Assembly: GCA_030390025.1 (NCBI GenBank)
Contig: CM059432.1
Coordinates: forward strand, 52,082,001 to 52,146,000
Length of the DNA stretch: 64,000 bases
Direction of reading: 5' to 3'
Source: Squalus acanthias
Taxonomy: Eukaryota
Part shown: positions 25,933 through 38,671 of the stretch, piece by piece
Layout of the letters: each line of letters opens with the position of its first letter
Numbering within the stretch: the stretch's first letter is position 1
Notes under the pieces: generated by a model
The model's database searches: none
What the model saw: the letters and a program-made list of their open reading frames with translations, nothing else
What the model was told of the DNA's origin: nothing
Program-made: the position numbers and the translations under genes

Positions 25933-26566
25933 GGGCTGGATTTTGATACTGGGGCGGGTTGGGGTCGTGTCATCCACTTTTCGTGTTATCCACCCGACTG
26001 CAAATGAATGTGGGAGATTGATGCAATTTTCACCTAATTGGGCAATTGAGTTCCAGTATGTGGGAACCCATGAACCAATTAGTGTTTTCAGTCTGAAAGT
26101 CGCCTCTGATGATGTCATCATTGCTGCTGCATTGAAGGTCTTCAGAGACTGCCTGGCCTTTGCTGTGAGAGGACCTGGATGCAAAATGAGCAGCAGCAGC
26201 CCTAAGTCTGCTCCCAGATATTTTTACACCACCACTCCCAGATATGTCTCCATCCACATAGCCATCCATATATGCATCCCCATAGCCAGCCAGCCAGCCC
26301 GCCCGCCCGCGCTCCGTAGAAAAAGGGTTAAAATCACAAAGGCCTTTCAAAATGGCATTATAGAGGCAATTTAGTGCTTGTTAAGGGCCTAAACAGCCTA
26401 TCCTGCCTCTTAGAAGTGGGACGGAGTCGGGACCAGCAGACACAATTTAATGAAAATTGCATGGAGGCGGGATGGAGGCAGGCTTGTGCCCACCTGCCAG
26501 TTTTCGCTATTTTAACCCCCTACACTCCTCCAAACCCGCCTCCACGGGTCAATGAAAATCCAGCCC
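25933..26566. mobile_element. Non-autonomous Harbinger-type element
   Basis: Perfect 12-bp TIR GGGCTGGATTTT and 3-bp TSD TGA on both sides. Confidence 0.85.
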
Positions 26567-26594
26567 TGAGTGTCTGGGACAGCTGTAATTTATT

Positions 26595-27250
26595 TATTTT
26601 TTATTTGTTCCTGGGATGTGGGCGTCGCTGGCAAGGCCAGCATTTATTGCCCAACCCTAATTGCCCTTGAGAAGGTGGTGGTGAGCCGCCTTCTTGAACC
26701 GCTGCAGTCCGTGTGGTGAAGGTACTCCCATAGTCCTGCTAGGGAGGGAGTTCCAGAATTTTGACCCAGCGACGATGAAGGTACGGCGATATAGTTCGAA
26801 GTCAGGATGGTGTGTAACTTGGAGGGGAAGTTGGAGGTGGTGTTGTTCCCATGCCCCTGCTGCCCTTGTCCTTCTAGGTGGAAGATGTCGCCGGTTTGGG
26901 AGGTGCTGTCGAAGAAGCCTTGGCAAGTTGCTGCAGTGCATCTTGTAGATGGTACATCCTGCAGCCACGGTGTGCTGGTGGTGGAGGGAGTGAATGCTTA
27001 AGGTGGTGGATGGGGTGCCAATCAAGCGGGCTGCTTTGTCCTGGATGGTGTCGAGCTTCTTGAGTGTTGTTGGAGCTGCACTCATCCAGGCAAGTGGAGA
27101 GTATTTCATCACACTCCTTACTTGTGCCTTGTAGGTGGTGGAAAAGCTTTGGGGAGTCAGGAGGTGAGACACTGCTGCAGAATACCCAGCCTCTGACCTG
27201 CTCTTGTTGCCACAGTATTTACAAGGCTGGTCCAGTTAAGTTTCTGGTCA
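26595..27250 (-). mobile_element. LINE 3' end (CR1/L2-group, distinct from the main CR1 families)
   Basis: YKAQVRSVMKYSPLAW..LDTIQDKAARLI..FWNSLP; tail shared with the 2.4 kb SINE. Confidence 0.85.
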
Positions 27251-28390
27251 TAAATTTAGTTGGAATAAGATTTTTCTCCTCCACTTGTGTTGGAACAGAT
27301 ATGACTTTCCATATCTATTTTGTCCTTGTTAATGTAAAGCACTTTTTAATTACCTTTGTGCAAGGGAGGCATGCTATTGAAGTTGAAGTTTTGTTGTATA
27401 CCATTTCAAATTTTTACTACACAAACTTAATGTTTGTACTAGTGCTTTGATTTTCCAAATTGAGCAGATCTTTTAGAAACCATCACCATCTGTAGCCAGT
27501 TTCACCATGAAACTGATTCCTGTAAAGAGAGCTTTTACATTTAGACCGCAGTTAGCAACTTCTTTTTAAATCATATGAACTGTTGGAGAATAAATATCTA
27601 ATCTGTGTGACAGAAATTATAACAAAGCAGCTGCTCATTCTCTGCTCCACTGTCTGTTCTAGCCTACTTTGTGAAAGAGGTTACCACATGCATTTGCTTC
27701 AGGAATTACCTAATTGAAGGTTGACTGGGTTCAATGATGGTACAGTAGAGTTTATTCATAAAAACACTGGAGTGTGGTGGCAGAGGATTCTAGACATGTG
27801 TGCTCTCCAGAACAAGAATTAAAACTATCCCAGTTTAATTTGGGATATGGCTCGTGTTTTATTTTAGCTTTAGAGGAAGGACCAGCACCCACCTTGGGGC
27901 ATAGCACCAAAGTTAAAAACAGTAGGACGGAAGATAAAGTAGATCAAGTAGTAATGATTAGGCGATGCAAAGATTGATTCTTTAAAAGTCTGTAAATTGT
28001 AGGAGCAAAGGTAGACTGATGGAGATGTGCAGTTCCATAGCTTTGAAGTTCTGGAAAAGAATGACTTAGATTAGGAGACAACGGGGTAAACTTTCAGACC
28101 TGACAGAAACAGGAGTGCAGCGCCCCGAAATTAGTCGGCAATAACCTACCACCCTGTCACGGTGGCTGCAGCAATGTTCCCCAGGGTCTACCACTGAGCG
28201 GCCCGAGTCAGGTGGTAGGAAATGCAAATCGGGGTCCTATGTCGTACACAGTCCTATGTGCGCAATGCACACTCTGGCCAGTATTAGCCGGCGTCCCAGC
28301 CAAAGAGGATCCCAAAGGTGAGTTCCTCTTTCTTTTTTAAAAGAAGAAGACATATACCACATATACAAAAGTAAAATACTGTGGTTGCTG

Positions 28391-29057
28391 GAACATAAGA
28401 ACATAAGAAATAGGAGCAGGAATAGGCCACTTGGCCCCTCGAGCCTGCTCCGCCATTCAATAAGATCATGGCTGATCTTGGACTCAAAGCCACTTCCCCG
28501 CCCGCTCCCCATAACCCTTCACTCCCTTATCTTGCAAAAATCTGTCTATCTCCACCTTAAATGTAATTAATGACCCAGCCTCCACAGCTCTCTGGGGCAG
28601 AGAATTCCACAGATTTACGACCCTCTGAGAGAAGAAATTCCTCCTCATCTCAGTTCTAAAAGGGCGACCCTTTATTCTGAAACTATGCCCCCGAGTTCTA
28701 GATTTCCCCACGAGAGGAAACATCCTCTCTGCATCTACCTTGTCGAGCCCCCTCAGTATCTTATATGTTTCAATAAGATCACCTCTCATTCTTCTAAATT
28801 CCAATGCGTATAGGCCCAACCTGCTCAACCTTTCCTCATAAGTCAACCCCCTCATCTCAGGAATCAACCGAGTGAATCGTCTCTGAACTGCCTCCAATGC
28901 AAGTATATCCTTCCTTAAATAAGGAGACCAAAACTGTACGCAGTACTCAAGGTGTGGTCTCATCAATACCCTGTACAGTTGTAGCAGGACTTCCCTGCTT
29001 TTATACTCCAACCCCTTTGAAATAAAGGCCAACATTCCATTTGCCTTTTTGATTACT
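28391..29057 (-). mobile_element. CR1 3' fragment inserted into a PLE family B terminal-repeat remnant
   Basis: CR1 ORF2 C-terminal peptide; flanks CAAAAGTAAAATACTGTGGTTGCTGG and GCTGAAATCTGAAATAAAAACAGAAAAT are adjacent in the copy at 35637. Confidence 0.9.
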
Positions 29058-29800
29058 TGCTGAAATCTGAAATAAAAACAGAAAATAAAACAGAAAAATT
29101 CATGACTCCAGTACAAGATGAGGAACAATATTACAATGTTTCTTTCCAGAAAAATTCAAACTTACATGTTGCATGGCAACAGAAATACATTTACATTTCT
29201 CATTTCATCACATTCTTATCAGCTTTTTCCTCTGCTCCTCCAGATCTGGAATATTTAAATAGCAACTCTGCCTCCTAACTTCAGTCCTGGCTCCTGCTGC
29301 TAATTTTACATCTTCTGTCCCTATATCTATCCTACTGAACTGTCTCCAAATTTAATTCAGTAGTAGGAGTTTGGACAGGAGTTGGATGGGAAATTTATTA
29401 TTTTAGTGTCACAGCACTTGAAGAGTGGAACAAAGCAGTAGTTGATAGGAATACTTACGGGTCCACCATTTTTCATGAGATTGTTTCACAAAGAGGGAAA
29501 CAAGTCAGGAGGGAACAACTAGAGTGAAGACATAACGTGCATATAAGAGGAAGATCTTTTGACCCCAAACATGTGACTTTTTACAGTATAAACCTTTTCA
29601 GTAATCTCTTTGGCCAATAGTGATAATATGACTGTTCTATTCTCATCCTTTTTTTGTAATCTCATTGCCTTCAGCTACTTATATGACCAACTAAGTGATC
29701 TGTGTTTATTTAATGGGTCTCTGGACCAATACTTGTAAAGACAGGCCAGGTTAGGTTGGATGGGCAGTTGCTGTGGTAATCAGTGCTCTTTTTGAGCATT

Positions 29801-30390
29801 GGGGGATAGAAATTGTAGTGCCCGTTTTTCGGATGAAAACAGGGCGGAAATGCACAATTTAGTGCTACAAAGGTGTTTGAAAAATGTATGATGCCATATT
29901 GGCCTCAGCTGATTTTCAGGCATCCAGGGAGGTGCCAAAAACAGGTGTTAGGCTTCTTGCAAATGCTGAAATGGGGACTAACGCCATGTTTTAGGACACC
30001 TTCCTGAAGTTGGGCTGTCCTGAGCGGAGCAAGCATCGTGCCTGCTCCACTCTGGTTTTCCAGGCATGGACGCAGCCTTGCAAGCAGCTTTGCAAGCAGC
30101 CAACAAAAAGGTAAGTAAAAAATGTTTTGTAAGATTAATATGGAGCCAGAAGGAAAAGGAGTGCTGCTCCCGGCTCCACAGCAATTCCTTATTGTCTCCT
30201 TCCTGCTATGCTATCCTCGCTGGCACATGTCTGAGTATGCCCATCATTCGAAATGGGCGAGCTGCCTGTGGTGGCAAATAGGCGTAGCTGTTCGCCTAAA
30301 TTTTTGAAATGAGGCCCGAGGCCTAATTTTGGGCCGGCCTCAGGTCTCCCAGTTCAGGTGCGCACTGCTTGCTCAGCGCCATCTGGGCCT
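29801..30390. mobile_element. Non-autonomous Harbinger-type element
   Basis: Starts GGGGGATAGAAATT; related to 5665-6150. Confidence 0.55.
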
Positions 30391-30412
30391 GTGTTTGGTA
30401 GGTGGGAATAAT

Positions 30413-31046
30413 GGGCTGAAGTTTAGCACACAGAACCAGGTAGGTTGGGTTCGGTTCAGATGTTAACATTTTTTAAATCGGAATCTCGACTCCAACCCGC
30501 CCACTTCCGGGTTTTATGGAGGCGGGACGAAGTGGCGGGCAGCCAACCCGTTCCCAGGAGCTGGGTTGGCAATTCAAACATTTTAATGAGGTTGGTAGCT
30601 TTGCAGGTTTTACAGTGGGCGGCCGGGTTTCCCAGGCCTCGGAAAACCCGGCAGCTGAAGTGAGGCGAGGACAGCTTCGGGGAGAAGATAAGTGCCTTCA
30701 CAGCACTGCTTGCCAGGAGGAGCAGGAGTGTTTCCCCCCAGCCCCCTCAACCCCCCGCCCCCCCCCCCCCCCCCACCCTATACAAAGCCCCCCGGGGTTG
30801 GGGATCGGAACACCCCCCCCCCCCCCCCCCCCTGGTGTTGTGGTTCAGACCTACCTGCTCCAGAGTGCTCCCCGCCTGACTGGAAGCCAAGCCTGTCAAT
30901 CAGGCTGACTTCCTGGTGGATAACCAGTCAGAGCCAAAGGACGCACAATGTGGAGTTAAAACTCCACAGCATGTGGGAATACTGGGTTTGCCGTTCGAAA
31001 CTCTGCTCCTCCGCCTACGTAACCTACCCCTGTTAATATCCAGGCG
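30413..31046. mobile_element. Non-autonomous Harbinger-type element (paralogue of 3331-3896) with poly-C expansions
   Basis: Long near-identical stretches shared with 3331-3896. Confidence 0.75.
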
Positions 31047-34000
31047 ATATATGTGATTGAACATTCTCACCTGTTATTAGCCCGTGGTAGCCATAGCTCA
31101 TTAGTCTCTTGTAACCATGTAACTAACAAAGAATAATATTACAATGACAGTGACATCATGGAGTGATTGAAACAAAAATCAAAAATATGTTGCAGGCACA
31201 ATAGTTTTTTTTAACAGTACATTTGCAATTTTTATTATTACAGGCGTCAAGATTAAAAATTAAGAGGGAGTTCATGTCAGAAATATCTTTTCTATGCTTT
31301 TCTTTCCCCTTTTTTGAGCTCTTTCAGTGTTTTTAGATTGTCTGCTATCACCTCAGCTAATTCATCTTTGTGTGGATGTATCAGTTTATGCAGTAACATC
31401 CTCCACACCTTCGAATCACACCTTATAATGGATCATAACAATCCAGGTGTTCATACAGTAACACTTGCTGATGCACAGCTCTCGAATCAGCTTTGATCTC
31501 AAATCCAATATTCCTGGAATTCACCTGTGCACAATGCCTCTACAGAATTGAGACAAAGTTGACATACTGAACCATCTGTGGATGGCATCGTAATCCAAAC
31601 CGTATTACTCGGCAAACATGAAACACAAAAATGACACTTTTAGTTTATAATATCATTTTCAATTTAAGATTTCAATTTCAAGATACGTATTTGTTTTGAC
31701 ATTTCACTTCAGCAGCTGTTCTTATTTCCGGGGGAAAGGCCTTAACATGCAACAAAAATTGAATATCTTTTCTGAAGTTTGACAGTTTTTTTGACCGGCC
31801 TGGCGTCTGATGCATGCAGAAACCCACCACCAGGCTTAAGTCTCCAAAGCCCTGAGAAATCTACATGAGAGTGAACAATCTTTCCTTGTAGGGACACTTC
31901 CCAACTATCTAAGTACAGAGAATTTTAGCTGAGGTTAGCGTGAGCCAAAGTGTGGGGATCCTCAAGTGAGCATATGGTACTGCTGGGCTAAAACACAACA
32001 GCTTACTGCGACTGAACACCAGGAAGGTTCCACTGCTGGTCTAGGTAGGACCATTCATCCATTAAGGAATTGGCTTGTATGCTGAACTGGAGCTGAGTGG
32101 GAGGAGTTGCAAGATCCACTCCATCACTTGAGCACATACCCCAGGAATTTTCTCCGTAATTTCGGCAGAAGATTGGCGCAAACCCCGTTTACACAGCTTA
32201 CCCAGGATTTTAACTGAAGTTACGAACAAGAGAAACTCTGAGGAAATGTCTGCCGATAATCTACGTTTAGACTTCAGAGCCCTACTGATGGAGTACCAAT
32301 TTGTCAGTCAGCTGAGATATTAAACTAAAGTTTACATTTTGGAATTCATTTAATGGCAACACTGATTAAAAATGTTATTCACCCTACTATAGAATTACTA
32401 CTAAAGAGGATGAGTATTTCTGTTTATTATCTCCCATAATCTTGTTTATAATTTACCATACGCACAACAGAAAAAAAAATAGTTTATCGGTGAAATAGCA
32501 ATTTACTAGCAACCACTTTGTGGTGGTTATTACAAATCGGAAAATAATGGCTGATCCTCGTCAAACTAATCTTTAGTGGTTTTCTCCTTATCCTTTAATT
32601 TCTCACCGTGGGCACTGAGGCATGCCTCATTTTGTGCTGTGTCACCATAATTGTGGGAGCTTGTGTATCATCTGCTGCTGCATGCTGGTGACTGCTACCT
32701 TCTATCTGGTTCTTTAAACACAAGCAGGATTCCTTGATGGGTCAGTGCAGCATGTAGTGTGGTTTGTGGCGCTGAATCATATGGACAAGGAAGGTCCCAA
32801 GTTCAGCCATTGGTCTGCTGAGCTAAATGTTCTCCACTTGGCGGGGGGGGGGGGTGGGGGGCACAGCGCAGCCTGTGGAGGAGCAGTGAATGACAGACCG
32901 CAACTTCTGGATTTCTGCGTTGGGCTGCGCATGCGCTAAATCCTGAAGTTGCGGTCAGTTTTAAAGCTGAAATGACAGCGAACGCTGCCAGTTTGCCATC
33001 CTCAGGATCACAAATTCCGGGCCATTATCTTTAGGACAGGCTGAAAGAAAAGAGGGAAAAAATTAGACGGGAAAAAAACTTACATATCTATTTTATTTTT
33101 AAAACATGTAGCAGTGAGAGATTATGGTGTGCCGTTGAATAAAATGAACCCTATCAAAAGATTGTGGTTTTCTGCTCGCAGCTGCTGCTTCTCAAAGTTA
33201 TTTTACCGAGCACACGTCTAAGACTGCAGCATTCTCTTAAGGATTTAGCAAGTTTATCCAAGGTGTGTCGGAGTCAATGCAGCCTAAAGATCCCAGGTGT
33301 GGACGAGGTAGGAGTAGATGTAGACGTGGTCCTGGTGATGGATGTAATGTGGGGTTTGAAGTTTAGCTCTGGGTCAAACAGGACACCAACATTTTCATTG
33401 TCTAGTTCAATGTGTATGAATGTCCAGCAGGGCGATGGAGTCAGTGGCAAGGGAGCGAAGTTTATGATGGTGGAGGGGAAACAATAGCTTCAATCTTCCC
33501 GATGTTCAGTAGGTGAAATTCTGACTCATCCATGACAGCACAGAGGTGGCCATGAGGATGAGGGAAGTTGTGGAGAGGTGGAACTGAGTCTCAGCAAGAG
33601 TTGCTGAATTTGCAATCAGATGCTGGAACCCTGGCTCATTTAACATTTCCCCTCCCTATTCTCAGGATGCTGAAGCTAATTATAGTATCTTCACCACAGT
33701 CTTGGCTAAGATCAACTAACTCAGCACAGGCCAAGACTAGGATTTTTCTGGTTTGCATGGCTCAGTAACATACCAGGCAGTGCATTTACTTACACTTCCA
33801 TTCAGCCCACCACAGACAACATTTTTCACACCCACCCATCCTCACCCCAGTAACACGGGCTATTATCTAAATCCATACCGATCTACATAAATTCCAGTCC
33901 CATTCCTAACCAGATAATTATTTAATTTCTTTTTGAAAGTGTTAATCAACTCAGCCTCAATTGGCATTCCTAGGAGTTCCGCATTTGATACAGAGCAGTA

Positions 34001-34112
34001 AGGGAGAGCTACTGTGCACATTGGAAGCTGCTCTCTGCTGTTGGTGAAACTTGCATAGATGTTTAATTGAGGGAAGGAAGAAATCATGCTAAGGGCTGTT
34101 TAAATAAATGGC

Positions 34113-34238
34113 CATGATGCGGAGATGCCGGTGTTGGACTGGGGTGGACAAAAGTGAGAAGTCGCACAACACCAGGTTATAGTCCAACAGCTTTATTTGA
34201 AATCACAAGCCTTCGGAGCGTTGCTCCTTCGTCAGGTG
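34113..34238 (-). mobile_element. Solo PLE family A terminal repeat with core-mutated hammerhead (GAAG for GAAA)
   Basis: 11-bp TSD AAATAAATGGC (34102-34112, 34239-34249); matches 55384-55507. Confidence 0.85.
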
Positions 34239-34519
34239 AAATAAATGGCTGCAGCCATGCTGTCTGTCTCTTGCCCTTCCATTTCTATCCAGTCACTGTT
34301 AATGTGAGTTTTTATAAGGCTGTAACTATTTGTAACACCAAAGTTCTGATTGGTCCCTTGAAGGACAAAACACACCCAGCAGTTTGTCTGGAATGTGTAA
34401 TTAGATCCTGCCTGCCTGAGTAATCAAGATCTTTGCAAGGTGTAATTTGATTCATTGACATCCAGCTCCAGAGTTCACACTACTGCTTTCAGAGAACAGA
34501 CAGGCTCACCCTCCCGGGT

Positions 34520-34830
34520 TAGGAGCACTCACACTGCTGAGTTCAGATAGGAAGTGGTGAGGCCATAGAGGGATTTTAACATGAGGATGAGAATTTGAAA
34601 ATCAAGGTGTAGTGGACAATGTTTCCCCTATTTTTTTTTGGGTGCGCAGTCCCTTTAATGGGCTGCACGGGACCTCCAGATAGCTGCGCAGCTTAGTGAG
34701 CACAACAGTGATGGGTGAATGGGACTTGCGGTGTGTTAGGATATGTTGAGCAGAGTTTTGGATGAGCTCAAGTTCACTGAGGGTAGAAGATGAGAGGCTG
34801 GCCAGGAGAACATTGGAATAGTCGAGTCTG
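34520..34830 (-). mobile_element. L2 fragment with a small hAT-type MITE (~34617-34710)
   Basis: RLDYSNVLLASL..LELIQNSAQHILT..HSPITVVL; insert begins CAATGTTTCC. Confidence 0.65.
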
Positions 34831-34834
34831 GCAA

Positions 34835-36497
34835 ATAACACATAAATGTGGATGCATTGGTTGTCATTTTCCAAAATTTCATAGATTCTAGAACGGTTCC
34901 CGCAGATTGGAAGGTAGCAAATGTAACCCCACTATTTAAGAAAGGAGGGAGAGAGAAAACAGGGAACTATAGACCAGTTAGCCTGACATCAGTAGTAGGG
35001 AAAATGCCAGAATCTATTATTAAGGATGTGGTAACAGGGCACTTAGAAAATAATAATAGGATTGGGCAGAGTCAACACGGATTTATGAAAGGGAAATCGT
35101 GTTTGACAAATCTGTTGGAGTTTTTTTGAGGTTGTAACTAGCAGAATAAATAAGGGGGAACCAATGGATGTGGTGTATTTGGATTTTCAGAAGACATTCG
35201 ATAAGGTGCCACACAAGAGGTTATTAAAAAAAATTAGGGCTCATGGGATTGGGGGTAATATACTAGCATGGATTGAGGATTGGTTAACAGAAAGAAAACA
35301 GAGTAGGAATAAACGGGTCATTTTCGGGTTGGCAGGCTGTAACTAGTAGGGTACCGCAAGGATCAGTGCTTGGGCCTCAGCTATTCACAATCTATATCAA
35401 TGATTTGGATGAGGGGACCAAATGTAATATATCCAAGTTTGCTGATGATACAAAGCTGGGTGGGAATGTAAGTTGTGAGGAGGATGCAAGGAGGCTTCAA
35501 GGGGATATAGACAGGCTAAGTGAGTGGGCAAGAACATGGCAAATGGAATATAATGTGGAGAAATGTGAAGTTATCCACTTTGGTAGGAGAGATAGAAAAG
35601 CAGATCATTTTTTAAATGGTGAGATTGGGAAATGTTACAAAAGCAAAATACTGCGGATGCTGGAAATCTGAAATAAAAACAGAAAATGCTGGAAATACTC
35701 AGCAGGTCAGGCAGCATCTGTGGAGAGAGAAACAGAGTTAACGTTTCAGATCGATGACCCTTCGTCAGATTGGAAATGTTGGTGTTCAGAGGGACCTGGG
35801 TATCCTTGTAGACGAATCCCTGAAAGTTGACATGCAGGTACAGCAAGCAATTAGGAAAGCAAATGATATGTTGGCCTTTATTACAAGAGGATTTGAGTAT
35901 AAGAGTAAAGACGTCTTACTACAATTATATAGGGCCCTGGTGAGACCACACCTGGAGTATTGGGTACAGTTTTGGTCTCCTTACCTAAGGAAAGATATAC
36001 TTGCCATAGAGGGAGTGCAACAAAGGTTCACCAGACTGGTTCCTGGGATGGGGGAGATTGTCCTATGAGGAGAGATTGAGTAGACTAGGCCTATATTCTC
36101 TGGAGTTTAGAAGAATGAGAGGTGATCTCATTGAAACATTCAAAATTCTTACAGGGCTTGACAGGGAGGATGTATCCCCTGGCTGGGGAGTCTAGAACCA
36201 GGGTCACAGTCTCAGAATAAAGGGTCAGCCATTTAGGACTGAGATGAGGAGAAATTTCTTCACTCAGAGGGTGGTGAATCTTTGGAATTCTCTACCCCAG
36301 AGGGCTGTGGAGGCTCAGTCATTGAGTATATTCAAGACAGAGATCAATAGATTTTTGAATATTAAGGGAATCAAGGGATATGGGGATAGTGCAGGAAAGT
36401 GAAGATGAGGAGGAAGATCAGCCATGTTCTTAATGAATGGCAGGGCAGGCTCGAAGGGCCAAATGGCCTACTCTTGCTCCTATTTCTTATGTAATGT
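34835..36497 (+). mobile_element. CR1 ORF2 RT fragment with 3' end, interrupted by a PLE repeat
   Basis: DWKVANVTPLFKKG..NYRPVSLTS, DFQKTFDKVPH, KFADDTKL. Confidence 0.93.
35637..35771 (-). mobile_element. PLE family B terminal repeat with minimal hammerhead (35736-35770)
   Basis: Minus strand CUGACGA-A-GGGUC-auc-GAUCU-GAAA-CG-UU-AACU; flanking GGAAATGTT duplication (35628-35636, 35772-35780). Confidence 0.8.
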
Positions 36498-36829
36498 TAT
36501 GCATGTTGTAGGACCAACACAGATACGCTCTCATTTTTTAAAGTTCATTTATTTATTACCCATCCCTAGTTGCCCTTGAGAGGGTAGTGGTGAGCTGCCT
36601 TCTTGAACCTCGGGCGGGGACGGGTACGGGGGGAGGAGAGGAAGAATGTGATACAGGTGTGGTGAGGGTTGAAGAACGGGATCCAGGCCTAATACGGGGC
36701 GGGAGAACGTGATCTATCTTCCCATCTGGATCACGTTCTTGATCTCATTCCTCCCCCCCCACCCCCCTTTAGACCTGGAACACATACTTCCCACACCCCC
36801 CACCCTTCTCACTGTGCTCCGCCCCACCC

Positions 36830-37480
36830 CAACAAATTCCTGACCTTCTCTCCGAGTTCCTGACCTCCCTGCCCCTCCCTCCCGAGCTCCTGACCTGCTT
36901 CACCCACTCTGAGCTCCTCTCCCCCTTCGATCCCCTCTACTCCCCCCGATCCACTCTCCTCTCTCTCCCTTCAATCCCCTCTTCCCTCCCCCTTCGATCC
37001 CCTCGCCTCTCTCCCTTAGATCCCCTCTCTTTCCTCCCCGATCCCCTCTCTTTTCTCTCCCTTTGATTCCCTCCCCCCTTCAATCCCCTCTCCTCTCTCC
37101 CTTCGATCCCTTCTACCCCCTTTTCGATCCCTTCTCTCTCCCGGTCCCCTCTGCTCCTGCTTTGATTCCCTCTCCTCTCTCCCCTTCGATCTCCTCTCTC
37201 CCCTTCGATCTCCTCTCCTCCCTCCCCCTTCGATCCCCACTCCTGTCTCCCCCCCCTTTGATCCCCACTCCTGCCTCCCCCCTTCGTTCCCCTCTCCTCC
37301 CTCCCTTTCAATCCCCTCTCCTCCCTCCCCTTCAATCCCTCCTCTCTCTCCCTCCCCTTCAATCCCCTCTCCTCCCTCCCTTTCAATCCCCCCATCTCCC
37401 TCCCTTTCAATCCCCTCTCCTCCCTCCCCTTCGATCCCCTCTCCTCTCTCCCCCCCCCGCCCCCCAATCCCCTCACCTTC
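36830..37480. repeat. C-rich minisatellite (TTCCTGACC.. then CCCTTCRATCCCCTCTC arrays)
   Basis: Directly visible degenerate tandem array, related to 24335-24850. Confidence 0.9.
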
Positions 37481-37550
37481 TCTGCATGGAGCCGAGGGAA
37501 GCGTGGTGGTGCAGGCCACAGCCACTGCACCATTTGGTACTGTGCATGTG

Positions 37551-37642
37551 CGACCGGATCGAGTGCACATGCGCGACCGGATCGAGTGCACATGCGCGAC
37601 CGGATCGAGTGCACATGAGCGACCGGATCGAGTGCACATGCG
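37551..37642. repeat. 4 x 23-bp tandem repeat CGACCGGATCGAGTGCACATGCG
   Basis: Four near-perfect copies (one substitution). Confidence 0.95.
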
Positions 37643-37867
37643 CAGTACCAAACGGGTGTGCTTGCGCAGAGAGAGTCAAAAATGCGTTGCAAATAATCAC
37701 TCCGTTTTTATAAAGTTTACCTCTGAACTTGTGGGTTGAATTTCCTCAGGGCTTCTGCTCTGCTGCCGTAAACGGGGTTTCCGCCAAAGTTACGAGGATG
37801 AAGCGGAAGAAGCTCCGAGCAAATTAACCCCATCGTGCATGGGTCTAGATAGAGTGAAGAAAACATT

Positions 37868-38477
37868 GGCCCAGAAATTAGACTTCGATGGTTGCCGCGG
37901 GGGTAAGGATCGTGCGTGATCTTACCTACCGCGCCTGCCTTTATGGTTCGGGCCCACACAAACTTCTGGTCCTGGGCCTCTCCCTGGTGCCGGCGCGCAG
38001 TGTGTGCGTGTCCCAGAGGCACAGTTAGTTCGATGTGACCTCTGGGATCACGTGGGCCAGTTAGAGCCAATGGCAGCACACCATCAATTTTTGAAAAAAT
38101 TTAAATTCTTTTTAAAAGTTATAAAAATAAACTTACCTTTCTTTAAAGTCTCTAAAAAAGATAAACCTGTTGAAAAAAAATTAAAATAATACTTAATTAA
38201 CTACTTACCTTGTTAAAAGGGGGTCTTACGCCTCCTTTTTTCATGTGTAAAATCTTCCATACTTACCCTCGCGTTCAAACCTGAAAAAAAACTAAGTGCG
38301 CTGCGTGCGCACAGCCTGTAGTGCGCACGCAGTTCACTTAGGAACCGCCCCCTTCGCAATATCGGAAGTGCCGGTTTCCCGCGCATGCGCAGTGCATGCA
38401 GGAAACCGGCACTTCGGGACCGAATACGGGTGAGTACACAGTGCGTACTCTCCCGTATTCAGCCGAATTTCTGGGCC
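37868..38477. mobile_element. Non-autonomous Harbinger-type element
   Basis: Perfect 12-bp TIR GGCCCAGAAATT; flanks ATT / AAT. Confidence 0.75.
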
Positions 38478-38526
38478 AATAATTGTTGTAACCAATGTAG
38501 ATGCAAGATACATACACAAACGCATA

Positions 38527-38671
38527 GGCCCTGGATTTCCTTGGACTTTCTGCCGCTGCACCACCATAACTTCAATGGAAGTGCAGCGGAAGGTCCGTTT
38601 ACGCGCATAAACGGGGTTTCCGGCAGAGTTACTGTGGCACAGTGGCAGAAAGTGCGAGGAAATTCAGGGCC
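38527..38671. mobile_element. 145-bp Tourist/Harbinger-type MITE
   Basis: ~32-bp imperfect TIRs, TSD ATA; relatives at ~37733-37831 and ~32140-32255. Confidence 0.85.

Noticed and set aside
31286..31620. Protein-like minus-strand peptide VWRMLLHKLIHPHKDELAEVIADNLKTLKELKK
   Set aside because: Short, upstream in-frame stop, no convincing splice sites or recognised homology
37551..37642. CRISPR-like short repeats
   Set aside because: No spacers and no cas genes; simple tandem repeat
36937..37713. Long G/E/R- or P/L/S-rich ORFs (also 24401-25003)
   Set aside because: Stop-poor minisatellite read-through, open in several frames
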